Virus record (IMG/VR): IMGVR_UViG_3300049050_000058
Location: 1 to 55,854 of that record
From: a virus
Lineage: Duplodnaviria; Caudoviricetes
Length of the DNA stretch: 55,854 nt
Direction: 5' to 3' (one strand)
The notes beneath the pieces were generated by a model. The model ran no database searches. It saw nothing but the letters and a program-made list of their open reading frames with translations, and was not told the DNA's origin. This document shows, piece by piece, positions 16,897-24,741 of this stretch. Position 1 is the stretch's first letter. Every line of letters starts with the position of its first letter. The position numbers and the translations under genes were made by a program.

Positions 16897-17178
16897 TCAT
16901 TCAAAATCCTCCTTCTGGATAACATCATTCTTAAGAATATTCATCAAGTCTTTAAAACTCACATTACTACTTGTGTGAATCTTTTTCAGATCGCTCTCTT
17001 TAATCCAAAATTCTCCTTCATGAGAAATAGCTTTATTTTCTGTAAGCGAAGACACTTGATAACTCTTTACAACAGCTCCACTAGGAAACGAAGATGTTTT
17101 TGAACGAATGATTTTCACTGGTGAATCTGATAGAAGAGCAATTTCATTGTAAGAAAAATAATGTTCAGACATTTTCAT
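16897..17178 (-). CDS. hypothetical protein
   Basis: AGGAG SD. Confidence 0.65.
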   Translation of the reverse strand: MKMSEHYFSYNEIALLSDSPVKIIRSKTSSFPSGAVVKSYQVSSLTENKAISHEGEFWIKESDLKKIHTSSNVSFKDLMNILKNDVIQKEDFE

Positions 17179-17241
17179 CTCCTTTGTTTGGAATATCTTT
17201 TTCTAAATAAACTCTGACAGTATAAGTTATTTACCTACTTA

Positions 17242-17520
17242 TTAATATTTACGCTGACCCTTGCGAGTACCAACACCTCGAACGCTAACCCCACCACTTT
17301 CCAATTTAGATTTAGTTTTCTGAATTTTACTAGCTTTCACTGTATATTTACCCTTCCCGTACAACTCATCGCATTTTTGCTGTGCTTTGTCTCGTTTACT
17401 TGTTTTAAAATAAACATAGTTTTGCATAGCATCGACTACGAAAAAAGTTGCAGGGTCAATAAAATCATATTCTGTATATTGTTCATAAGTTACTACTACA
17501 ACTTGAACATCTTTATTCAT
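17242..17520 (-). CDS. conserved phage hypothetical protein
   Basis: ORF with basic C-terminus. Confidence 0.7.
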   Translation of the reverse strand: MNKDVQVVVVTYEQYTEYDFIDPATFFVVDAMQNYVYFKTSKRDKAQQKCDELYGKGKYTVKASKIQKTKSKLESGGVSVRGVGTRKGQRKY

Positions 17521-17665
17521 ATTCTAGTTCTTCTTTGATTGCCCAGTAAGTTTCCCCTAGCATAGCTTCTTGTTGTGTATTATTCCAGCTTTTAATTTCA
17601 TCAAAATCATCCATCACTTCAACAATCTCCGCTTCAATATAGCTTTCTAGTCTTTTACCAATCAT
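17513..17665 (-). CDS. small acidic protein (50 aa, not in ORF track)
   Basis: AAGGAG SD; MIGKRLESYIEAEIVEVMDDF... Confidence 0.65.
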   Translation of the reverse strand: MIGKRLESYIEAEIVEVMDDFDEIKSWNNTQQEAMLGETYWAIKEELEYE

Positions 17666-17674
17666 TTTATCTCC

Positions 17675-17962
17675 TTACAGCACAGGAATAGGAAATGGAG
17701 CAAAGCTAACAAAATCTTCTGAATACCCATCTTCAATCTTGTAGCGAATGTAATAAGATTCTAGGCGATTCTCTTTTGGTTTGCAAGAGAATTGTGCATA
17801 GATGAAATCTCCAATCTTCACAGCAGCAAGAGAACGTGATGTTTCCCAGTTACGAGTGATATAGCAAAAACCAGCTTTGTCCAGATTTTGATCTAGAATA
17901 CGATTGAATTTATTTGGTGAAATAACACGTTTGTATTGATGATTTTTATTTTTACGTTTCAT
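17675..17962 (-). CDS. hypothetical protein
   Basis: GGAGG SD, ATGA overlap. Confidence 0.7.
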   Translation of the reverse strand: MKRKNKNHQYKRVISPNKFNRILDQNLDKAGFCYITRNWETSRSLAAVKIGDFIYAQFSCKPKENRLESYYIRYKIEDGYSEDFVSFAPFPIPVL

Positions 17963-18147
17963 TGATTTTCCTCCATTGCTTTCTTTAAAGCTTCTCTTAC
18001 AGTTGTTCCATGATAAAGTTTTTCACTGTATACATCGTTGTCTGAAGATATTGTTACAAGATAACCATCAACAACATAAAGAATTTCAACTTGTTGGTGT
18101 AGTGTACTCATTTTCTCTAACCAGTCAATCATTTTACTATCGCTCAT
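17959..18147 (-). CDS. hypothetical protein (MSDSKMIDWLEK...REALKKAM)
   Basis: AGGAG SD gives start 18147. Confidence 0.75.
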   Translation of the reverse strand: MSDSKMIDWLEKMSTLHQQVEILYVVDGYLVTISSDNDVYSEKLYHGTTVREALKKAMEENQ

Positions 18148-18164
18148 CGGTCGTTCTCCTGGGG

Positions 18165-18374
18165 CTATTCGCAGCGGAAAACTTCCGCGCACACTGATTG
18201 AAAATCTCGCTTGGTTTTTGCCGGATCGCGGCCAAACCACTCTTCTGCATTGCGCGCCAGATCTTCCCTGGCCTCTGACCATCCGCCACCTCGCCGGATA
18301 GCCAGAACTCGCACTTGGTCGCCAAGGGTCTTGCACCTCGACAGGCGTGTTTCTGAGCAGAGGAATACTCCCAT
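18165..18374 (-). CDS. GC-rich hypothetical protein (MGVFLCSETRLSRCK...)
   Basis: GGGGTG SD directly after the upstream stop. Confidence 0.6.
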   Translation of the reverse strand: MGVFLCSETRLSRCKTLGDQVRVLAIRRGGGWSEAREDLARNAEEWFGRDPAKTKRDFQSVCAEVFRCE

Positions 18375-18375
18375 C

Positions 18376-19179
18376 TCACACCCCCTCGCCCTTGGCCAGA
18401 TGCGGCGCAGCCTCAAACAAAGCATCGAGCAGGGCGTCCACGTTGCGTGCGTCACACCAGTCCAGGCCCTGCGGATCGTTTTCGTACAGCCACGCGCTTG
18501 CGGCCTTGGCCATGGCTTCGCGGGCACCTTCCGGCATCACCACCGCCCTCTGCTGTTCGGATGCAGGCGGGGTGGGGGCGGAACGTGAGTTCAGACGCCT
18601 AGCCTCTGAGACACCATCTCGCCAGCCAGCGTCATAAGCAGGGCTGCACGAACTCAGTGCTACCGGATCAATCCACTCATCATCCGGCACCCCAGCAGCA
18701 GCAGGCGGGGCGGAGAGCGCGGCAACCCGTTTCTCCAGCTCGCCGACGACTTCGAACCAATTGGCGTTGTCGACCTCAAGCCCCGCTAGGGTTGCGAGCC
18801 GCTTAAACAGATCGCCCAGGTTGTAGTTGGCATCGTCATGTCTGGCCATGATGCGCTGATGTTGGGCAACGGTCATCAGGGGCACACGACCCTCGTATTG
18901 CTCTGAGCTAACGCCGAACGAATGCGAGAATCCGTCCTGTACCAGATCGTCAGGGTTGGCCCAAGCAACCACTTCCACCTCTTCCCCATCCTGGATATGG
19001 GCAGGGGATTTAAAAAGCGGATCGGCATCAATAAAAACTTCATCAGGAACATCTTCATATCCTTCACGAATAGCTTCAAAATCACCTTCACTCCACAGCC
19101 TTAGAAACCACATCGAATCAGAAGGTCCATCACATTTTTCAAGTGCATACTTAATTGCTGCTACTGCTGAATCATTCAT
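18376..19179 (-). CDS. mosaic hypothetical protein, AT-rich 5' part and GC-rich remainder
   Basis: AGGAG SD gives start 19179; composition switches near 19020. Confidence 0.75.
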   Translation of the reverse strand: MNDSAVAAIKYALEKCDGPSDSMWFLRLWSEGDFEAIREGYEDVPDEVFIDADPLFKSPAHIQDGEEVEVVAWANPDDLVQDGFSHSFGVSSEQYEGRVPLMTVAQHQRIMARHDDANYNLGDLFKRLATLAGLEVDNANWFEVVGELEKRVAALSAPPAAAGVPDDEWIDPVALSSCSPAYDAGWRDGVSEARRLNSRSAPTPPASEQQRAVVMPEGAREAMAKAASAWLYENDPQGLDWCDARNVDALLDALFEAAPHLAKGEGV

Positions 19180-19894
19180 TTGTATTCTCCTTTTTAGATT
19201 GTTTCGGGACAAGATCGTATTTCTTTTTAATTTCAGCTACGCCTTGCTTGATTCCATTTTGCACAGCTTGTTTGATTTCGTCAAGTAGGTTGAATTGCTC
19301 TTCTGGCTCTTCATCCTCTTCTTGAACACTTTCAACTAAAGTTTGCCGATAATCATACATTTTCTCAAGACGTTCTGCAAGCTGGTCAGCATCAAAATAA
19401 AACGGAGTACCTTTGATAACATCTTCTAAATCATCAGGGCTCAGAAAACCACTATACACATCTTCATACAACTTACGAAGCTGTTTTCGTGAGAAATTGG
19501 CATGTTCATAAATATCTGTATCTTTTGCCATTAACCCATATGTGCTCGTGTGGATCATCAGATTTGACGTATCATCAAGGACATGTTCCCTACACGACAA
19601 AGCAAGAATACTACCCGCAGAGCTACAAGCAGGACCAATAATTGCTACAGTGTGTGCTGGAGTATTGAACAATGCTCGTTTAAAAAGCATTGCTGTGTCT
19701 AGTATACCACCATCTGTGCAAATATCTAACACAATTGTGTCCATTTCTGTAGCAGTGTTAATTAGATTCAATTCGTCAAGATAATCCCCAGGATTTCCAA
19801 TATCTTCATAAATTTGAATAACGTGAGTATTTGCTACTGTTTGATTAGTTGAAATACGTGATGGTTTTTGCATCAGGTTATCATCATTTCGCAT
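19172..19894 (-). CDS. ClpP-like serine protease
   Basis: TDGG, ACSAGS, LMIH motifs. Confidence 0.85.
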   Translation of the reverse strand: MRNDDNLMQKPSRISTNQTVANTHVIQIYEDIGNPGDYLDELNLINTATEMDTIVLDICTDGGILDTAMLFKRALFNTPAHTVAIIGPACSSAGSILALSCREHVLDDTSNLMIHTSTYGLMAKDTDIYEHANFSRKQLRKLYEDVYSGFLSPDDLEDVIKGTPFYFDADQLAERLEKMYDYRQTLVESVQEEDEEPEEQFNLLDEIKQAVQNGIKQGVAEIKKKYDLVPKQSKKENTNE

Positions 19895-20686
19895 TTAAAT
19901 CTCCTTAATATTTTCAGCAGAACCTTCTTTTTCAAAGATTTCAACAAAAGCTCGGGTCAAACCTGATCTTACAATGTCTGCTGGGGTAAATTCAACCACA
20001 GAGCAGTTTGGAAGATTGTGTTTTTTAATCAGATTTGCAAGGTATACAATACCAGAAACACCTTTCACGTCTCGTTGTTTATCATCTCCACAAAATGCTA
20101 CCTGACTTCCTTCTTCCAGTCGAGTGACAATTGAACGAACCTCTTCAACTGACAAATTCTGAGATTCATCGAGAATCAAAAATGTCCCTGAAGGGAAAGA
20201 CATGCCACGAATAGCCTCTAGTGGTTGGATTTTAATTGTTTTACTAAATTCTGCTTGATATCGATGATCCCCAATTCGTTCTCTGATGACGTTAAGGATT
20301 GGTGCAACATACGGAGCAAGTTTTTCCTCCACACTCCCAGGCCAGAAGCCTGTGCTTTTCCCCATCGGAACATAAGCCCTGGCAACAATAATTTGTTTAA
20401 TCTCACCTTTCAAATATTTATTTGCAGCTACAGCCGCTGCACACCACGTTTTACCGCTTCCGGCACTTCCTTTCCCAACACTAACAGTATCGAATTGAAG
20501 ACTGTGTAGATATTTTTTCTGATTTTCATTCTTCGCAATAATTGGTTTTGCTTTATGTTCTTCTGCAAATTTCTCTTTAACTTCAGGTTTCACTCCACCA
20601 TTACGAGTTTTACGAGTGCGTTTACGTGGTACTTCAACTTCAATGCCATCTATTTCAAGCTTAATCATTCGATCCCGGGCACCCAT
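19895..20686 (-). CDS. phoH: PhoH-family ATPase
   Basis: GSAGSGKT, RGMSF, ILDESQN, GDDKQRD, DIVRSGL. Confidence 0.92.
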   Translation of the reverse strand: MGARDRMIKLEIDGIEVEVPRKRTRKTRNGGVKPEVKEKFAEEHKAKPIIAKNENQKKYLHSLQFDTVSVGKGSAGSGKTWCAAAVAANKYLKGEIKQIIVARAYVPMGKSTGFWPGSVEEKLAPYVAPILNVIRERIGDHRYQAEFSKTIKIQPLEAIRGMSFPSGTFLILDESQNLSVEEVRSIVTRLEEGSQVAFCGDDKQRDVKGVSGIVYLANLIKKHNLPNCSVVEFTPADIVRSGLTRAFVEIFEKEGSAENIKEI

Positions 20687-20687
20687 G

Positions 20688-20882
20688 TTAAATTCCTTCT
20701 GCTTGTTTAATAATTTCAAAAACTTGTTTTACGTAGTCAGGAACATTATCTTCTTCGATTTCAAGAATTTCTGATTCTGTGTCAATAACTTTTTTATCAT
20801 AATACTTAAGTGTAACAAGGTCTTGAACATATCCCGAAGTTACAAAACCAATGGTTACATGAAACTCAATTTTATTTTTCAA
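20688..20882 (-). CDS. hypothetical protein
   Basis: AAGGA SD, TTG start overlapping upstream stop. Confidence 0.6.
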   Translation of the reverse strand: MKNKIEFHVTIGFVTSGYVQDLVTLKYYDKKVIDTESEILEIEEDNVPDYVKQVFEIIKQAEGI

Positions 20883-21196
20883 TTTAGATTTCCTTTTTCT
20901 AGGGAAAACATTTCAATGTAAGGGAGAATCACTTCACTCATATTGAAATACAGATTTTCAACAGCTTTTTGGTATTTGTTATAGTCTTCTGAGTTATAGA
21001 AATCATCCACAGCTTTCATGCTTTCTTCTGTAGCTTCTTTCTTAAAATTCTTAAGAAGTTTTTCAGCTTCTTTTTCAAAGCTTTTACTATCCACCAAAGC
21101 TACAGCTTGATTATATTCTTCATCATCTTGCACTACAACCGCTGCTGCATGCTTTAGAGCATTTTTGATGGCCAATTCAACTTGTTCAGAATTCAT
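20879..21196 (-). CDS. hypothetical protein
   Basis: GGAG SD. Confidence 0.7.
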   Translation of the reverse strand: MNSEQVELAIKNALKHAAAVVVQDDEEYNQAVALVDSKSFEKEAEKLLKNFKKEATEESMKAVDDFYNSEDYNKYQKAVENLYFNMSEVILPYIEMFSLEKGNLN

Positions 21197-21666
21197 TAGT
21201 TTTCTCCATTAGTTTTTAAGATAGCTTGAGTCATCACTTCACGAGAACGATTGAAGCAATCAAGGGATTTTCCAACTTCTTTCAACTCTTCATAGCTCAT
21301 GTTCTCTAGCTGTTCACGAGTGTACTTGATATTTGAAGAATGGTCAAGATTGACAAATTCACACGTTTTGAAGTGCATAAAATTATAATTCAAGCTGTCA
21401 TAGTTTGGTGAATAACCCTGGATAACAAGCTGTTGGAATTTCTTTACAAAATCATATTTATCTCGTTCAGAAATAAACACTGTAACTTCTTTGGTGTAAT
21501 CAATTGTATCAAGTTGTTCTACGAAATAAACATCCAATTGCAACATTCCAGTAGACCATTCTGTAATATCTGATTTGTTTTCCAGAAAATGATAACCTTG
21601 TTTGATAGCGTTTTCAAACTCTGAAAACACATTAACAGGGTTGGACCCAATAATCAATTTTTCCAT
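21196..21666 (-). CDS. hypothetical protein with C-terminal Rho-N/HeH-like helical motif
   Basis: YTREQLENMSYEELKEVGKSL pattern. Confidence 0.7.
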   Translation of the reverse strand: MEKLIIGSNPVNVFSEFENAIKQGYHFLENKSDITEWSTGMLQLDVYFVEQLDTIDYTKEVTVFISERDKYDFVKKFQQLVIQGYSPNYDSLNYNFMHFKTCEFVNLDHSSNIKYTREQLENMSYEELKEVGKSLDCFNRSREVMTQAILKTNGEN

Positions 21667-21667
21667 T

Positions 21668-21874
21668 TCACTTCTCCTTATCACTCAGTAGAAAATCTGC
21701 AATCCCAACCAATAGCCAAACAGGCCAAAATAGTGAAAGAGTCCAGACAATTACCGATAGAAAAACACCCTCTTTAATCTCTCTATGCTTAACCATATCT
21801 GCAACTACAGCTCTACTAAATTTATGTGTAATCAGTAGATATAAAGCCGTTAAAACAATGTATATGATAGTCAT
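21668..21874 (-). CDS. membrane protein
   Basis: two TM segments, LFWPV motif. Confidence 0.7.
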   Translation of the reverse strand: MTIIYIVLTALYLLITHKFSRAVVADMVKHREIKEGVFLSVIVWTLSLFWPVWLLVGIADFLLSDKEK

Positions 21875-22164
21875 TATTTATTCTCCTGCACGGCTGTATC
21901 AATTTCGTTAAGAGCGCGACACATTTCAGCGTCAAAATATTCTGGTGTGTGACCGAAATCCCTTACAGATCCTTCACGCAGTCTCCGGTAGATCAATGCA
22001 TCTTTCCGAAGTGATTCACATTCTTCCTCAAGGTCTTCTAAGAAAATATTTAAGCTTGCACATTTATCCCTAAGGCGAGAAATTTCGTCTCTTGCTGCCG
22101 AATTCAGAGTCCCAAGACGCATAATTTCATCTTTGAGGTAGTCACAATCAGTTTTATCATTCAT
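21874..22164 (-). CDS. coiled-coil hypothetical protein (LRKDAxxYRxLR)
   Basis: AGGAG SD. Confidence 0.7.
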   Translation of the reverse strand: MNDKTDCDYLKDEIMRLGTLNSAARDEISRLRDKCASLNIFLEDLEEECESLRKDALIYRRLREGSVRDFGHTPEYFDAEMCRALNEIDTAVQENK

Positions 22165-22325
22165 TTAAAATCTCCTTTCAATTTATCAATCGCTTCCTCA
22201 ACAATCACACCAGCAATGTACAGCTTCATAATATGCTTTGCTTGTTCATCAGTCAAGGTGTGAACAGAAAAATGTGTCTTCACTTCATCACAATATTTTT
22301 GGAAAGAAATCATTTTTGTAGCCAT
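22161..22325 (-). CDS. small hypothetical protein (54 aa, not in ORF track)
   Basis: AAGGAGG SD; first gene after leftward promoter. Confidence 0.7.
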   Translation of the reverse strand: MATKMISFQKYCDEVKTHFSVHTLTDEQAKHIMKLYIAGVIVEEAIDKLKGDFK

Positions 22326-22355
22326 TATGGATTCCTCCTTTGTTTACGTTCTCTC

Positions 22356-22383
22356 ATTGTACCACAAATTTTTGTAAGGTCAA
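22356..22383 (-). promoter_or_regulatory. leftward sigma70 promoter
   Basis: TTGACC-16-TACAAT with TG. Confidence 0.7.
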
Positions 22384-22416
22384 CACACCACATCAAAAAT
22401 ATTTTTAACAGAGAGC

Positions 22417-22444
22417 TTGCAAAATCCTGAATACATGATATAAT
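22417..22444 (+). promoter_or_regulatory. rightward sigma70 promoter
   Basis: TTGCAA-16-TATAAT with TG. Confidence 0.7.
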
Positions 22445-22448
22445 ATGA

Positions 22449-22825
22449 CCCGTATGTAGAGAGAAATCTCTACTCGGAATGAGAGAGATATGTGGTGCCA
22501 CAAGGCCATGCTCACCGACTCACTCTTAAAGAGAAGAAGATAGCACATGCTCAAACTGTGGGATTGTGAGGCTATAACAGTGTGCAGACCTCGTGCAAGA
22601 GGGAAATAGCCAAGTGAAGAGATTTGCATAAGAGACTTCACCGATGCACTTGACAGGATCAGGTGTCCAGCTTAGGCTGGCTACGTTATGACGACTCAGA
22701 GAGATGTTGTTGAGGTAGATTGCAGAATCATAATGTTTCCTCTAAGGCAGGCATTGGTCTGTATGGGGAGATAAGGGATTCTTCAATCTACTTATTCTGA
22801 TCTAGAGAGATGTGTATACTACATA
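22449..22825 (+). ncRNA. candidate long structured non-coding RNA/leader
   Basis: no credible ORF; many consecutive and nested stems including a GAAA tetraloop. Confidence 0.55.
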
Positions 22826-22837
22826 GGAGAAAAATAG

Positions 22838-23365
22838 TTGAACTTAAAAGAATATCTAAATATAAGAAATGCTAAGATGAAAAGTAAGAAAGCTCTTTCT
22901 AACAAAGAAGCAAAAGCTCTTGGCATCAGGATTAACACTAAAGGGTGGTATGAAGCGAATAAAGAATTGAAAATAGACGACGAACGTCTCTATAAAATGA
23001 TTAAAGACGTTCTAAAATCTAATACGATAGATACAAGATGTAAATCTCAGTTGGAACCCTTACTTCACTTTTCTGAAGATTTTGATGAACAACTGTTGTA
23101 TTTAATGGAAAACTCTTTCGGTTACAGAAAGATAGGTATAAGTAAAAACCCAAGAAAACGTGCAATGTCTTTGAGTAATTCGTCTGGTATTTCTGTTTGG
23201 ATGATTGCATACTGGAAAGTCAAATCCAAAGCGTTTGATGTAGAGCAATATTTACACAGACAGTTTATGGATTTCAGAGTAAAGGGAGAGTGGTTTTTAA
23301 AAGAAAACATTACAGTTGATAGCATTGAGAAAAATATCAAATGTGAGTATCAAAGGCTACTGTAA
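22838..23365 (+). CDS. GIY-YIG superfamily nuclease (T5orf172/MUG113-like)
   Basis: LYLM..KIGISKNPRKR..VEQYLHRQF..RVKGEWF; AGGAG SD. Confidence 0.85.
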   Translation: MNLKEYLNIRNAKMKSKKALSNKEAKALGIRINTKGWYEANKELKIDDERLYKMIKDVLKSNTIDTRCKSQLEPLLHFSEDFDEQLLYLMENSFGYRKIGISKNPRKRAMSLSNSSGISVWMIAYWKVKSKAFDVEQYLHRQFMDFRVKGEWFLKENITVDSIEKNIKCEYQRLL

Positions 23366-23573
23366 GCAGTATAGGGTTTCTTTTACCTGCTACTTTTCAA
23401 ACCAAGAGAATGATTAAATACTACTAAGCAGGTAAGAGGTAAGGAGAAACGTGGAAGGATAAGTTAGTAAATACAATAGAAATAATTTCAACATATATTG
23501 ACTTTCGCTAGTATGAATATGTAATAATACACTTAATGACCAGAACAACAATAACAAACAGGAATTTAAGTGT

Positions 23574-23783
23574 ATGAAATGTTTAGCTTGTGACTGCTTC
23601 CTTAGAGAATCAGAATTGAATATGAAAAAAGAAGATGGTAGTTTTGAAGATATGTGTACAGATTGTCGTAGAGTTTCATACGGACATGAATACATGGAAA
23701 TCAGAGAATATCAATTCCAACATCTAACAGAGATGATCCAAAACTACTTTTATATGAAAAATATTCAATCAGAATACGATTAA
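23574..23783 (+). CDS. small Zn-finger protein (CxxC...CxxC)
   Basis: MKCLACD...DMCTDCR; AGGA SD. Confidence 0.75.
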   Translation: MKCLACDCFLRESELNMKKEDGSFEDMCTDCRRVSYGHEYMEIREYQFQHLTEMIQNYFYMKNIQSEYD

Positions 23784-23785
23784 AC

Positions 23786-23815
23786 TTGACAAATACTAAT
23801 AATATAGTATATACT
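23786..23815 (+). promoter_or_regulatory. sigma70 promoter
   Basis: TTGACA-18-TATACT. Confidence 0.6.
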
Positions 23816-23821
23816 ATAGCT

Positions 23822-23926
23822 TATATAGTGAATAAAAATATTTCTCCTAAATCACATGTCTTCTCCTTCATGTGATCCTCCAATAACCCTTGGTGATTTC
23901 TCCTAGCCAGGGGTTATTTCTTTTTC
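23822..23926 (+). ncRNA. candidate sRNA with four anti-SD (CUCC/CUCCU) motifs
   Basis: two hairpins with TTCTCCT loops; second hairpin followed by U-rich tail. Confidence 0.55.
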
Positions 23927-23943
23927 TAAGAAGGATTGTCAAT

Positions 23944-24324
23944 ATGGCATTCGATCATAGTAGTCATGCTAAGAAGATTGGCATGAAAAAAGGTGAAACC
24001 AGAAATCCAAACGGTTCTCCTACAAAAGTACGTATCACTAAGAGCCCTCTTCGTAAAACTGCTGAATCACTTCGTGAAGTGGAAGAGGATGCTCTTAAAG
24101 CTATCAAGCTTGCTGTGAAAGGTCAAGAGGTTGATAAGACACAACTTGAAACAGCTAAGTGGTTGATTGGTATGATTCAAACAATAGATAAATCTGCTTC
24201 TCAAGAAGAAGTAGCAGCAGCTAAGATTCGACTAGAAGCTAAAAAAGCACAAGAGAGTGGTGCTGGTGTTGAAGATGTACACCAAGCGGATATAGTTGAA
24301 TTTACTTTAGATATTGTTCAATAA
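23944..24324 (+). CDS. probable terminase small subunit
   Basis: KKGETRNPNG motif; upstream of terL; AAGGA SD. Confidence 0.65.
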   Translation: MAFDHSSHAKKIGMKKGETRNPNGSPTKVRITKSPLRKTAESLREVEEDALKAIKLAVKGQEVDKTQLETAKWLIGMIQTIDKSASQEEVAAAKIRLEAKKAQESGAGVEDVHQADIVEFTLDIVQ

Positions 24325-24473
24325 TTCAGGGCGACCTGATATCTTCGACTATTGCCTAGTCCCGAAGAAACTAATACATAAAACCAACTTATGTATTTTT
24401 ATTGTGGAGAGGGAAGACATTTTGGTCTTTCAGTGTCAGAAGACAGGAAGCGTGGTCTCTGACAAATATTTAT

Positions 24474-24549
24474 GTTTGGGTAGCTCAATTGGCAGAGCAA
24501 CGGTCTCCAAAACCGTAGGTTGTTGGTTCAACTCCAACCCCATTCGCCA
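24474..24549 (+). tRNA. tRNA-Trp (CCA)
   Basis: ACGGT-CTCCAAA-ACCGT; TTCAACT loop; encoded CCA; two U-U mismatches in acceptor stem. Confidence 0.85.
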
Positions 24550-24555
24550 TTTCTT

Positions 24556-24627
24556 GCATCCGTACCCAAGTGGAATGGGACCAATTTTGTAAGTTGGAAG
24601 CCGTCAGTTCAAATCTGACCGGATGCT
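24556..24627 (+). tRNA. tRNA-Thr (TGT)
   Basis: GCATCCG/CGGATGC; CCAAT-TTTGTAA-GTTGG; TTCAAAT; no full CCA. Confidence 0.85.
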
Positions 24628-24629
24628 CC

Positions 24630-24704
24630 GCGTTCATAGTTTAATTGGCAAAACCCTAGACTTCCAATCTAGTGTTCCCAGATCGTTACTGGGTGGACGC
24701 TCCA
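24630..24704 (+). tRNA. tRNA-Gly (TCC)
   Basis: GCGTTCA/TGGACGC, U discriminator, CTAGA-CTTCCAA-TCTAG, CCA; T-loop ATCGTTA. Confidence 0.88.
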
Positions 24705-24741
24705 ATCACCCCTTATATGAAAATTATAAAAGGAAGGGGAT

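Noticed and set aside
18137-18637. Several overlapping ORFs on both strands (18137, 18211, 18347 and extensions of 17959 and 18165)
   Set aside because: Shadow frames caused by stop-poor GC-rich DNA; SD positions support only the calls listed.
22405-22641. 78-aa minus-strand ORF
   Set aside because: Antisense to a promoter-driven structured region, no SD, implausible composition.
22449-23450. Third group I intron or a group II intron
   Set aside because: No P/Q/R/S or domain V motifs and no interrupted exons found.
23890-23943. N-terminal extension of terS
   Set aside because: Lies in the hairpin; SD supports ATG at 23944.
24314-24592. 92-aa ORF
   Set aside because: Overlaps tRNA-Trp and tRNA-Thr.
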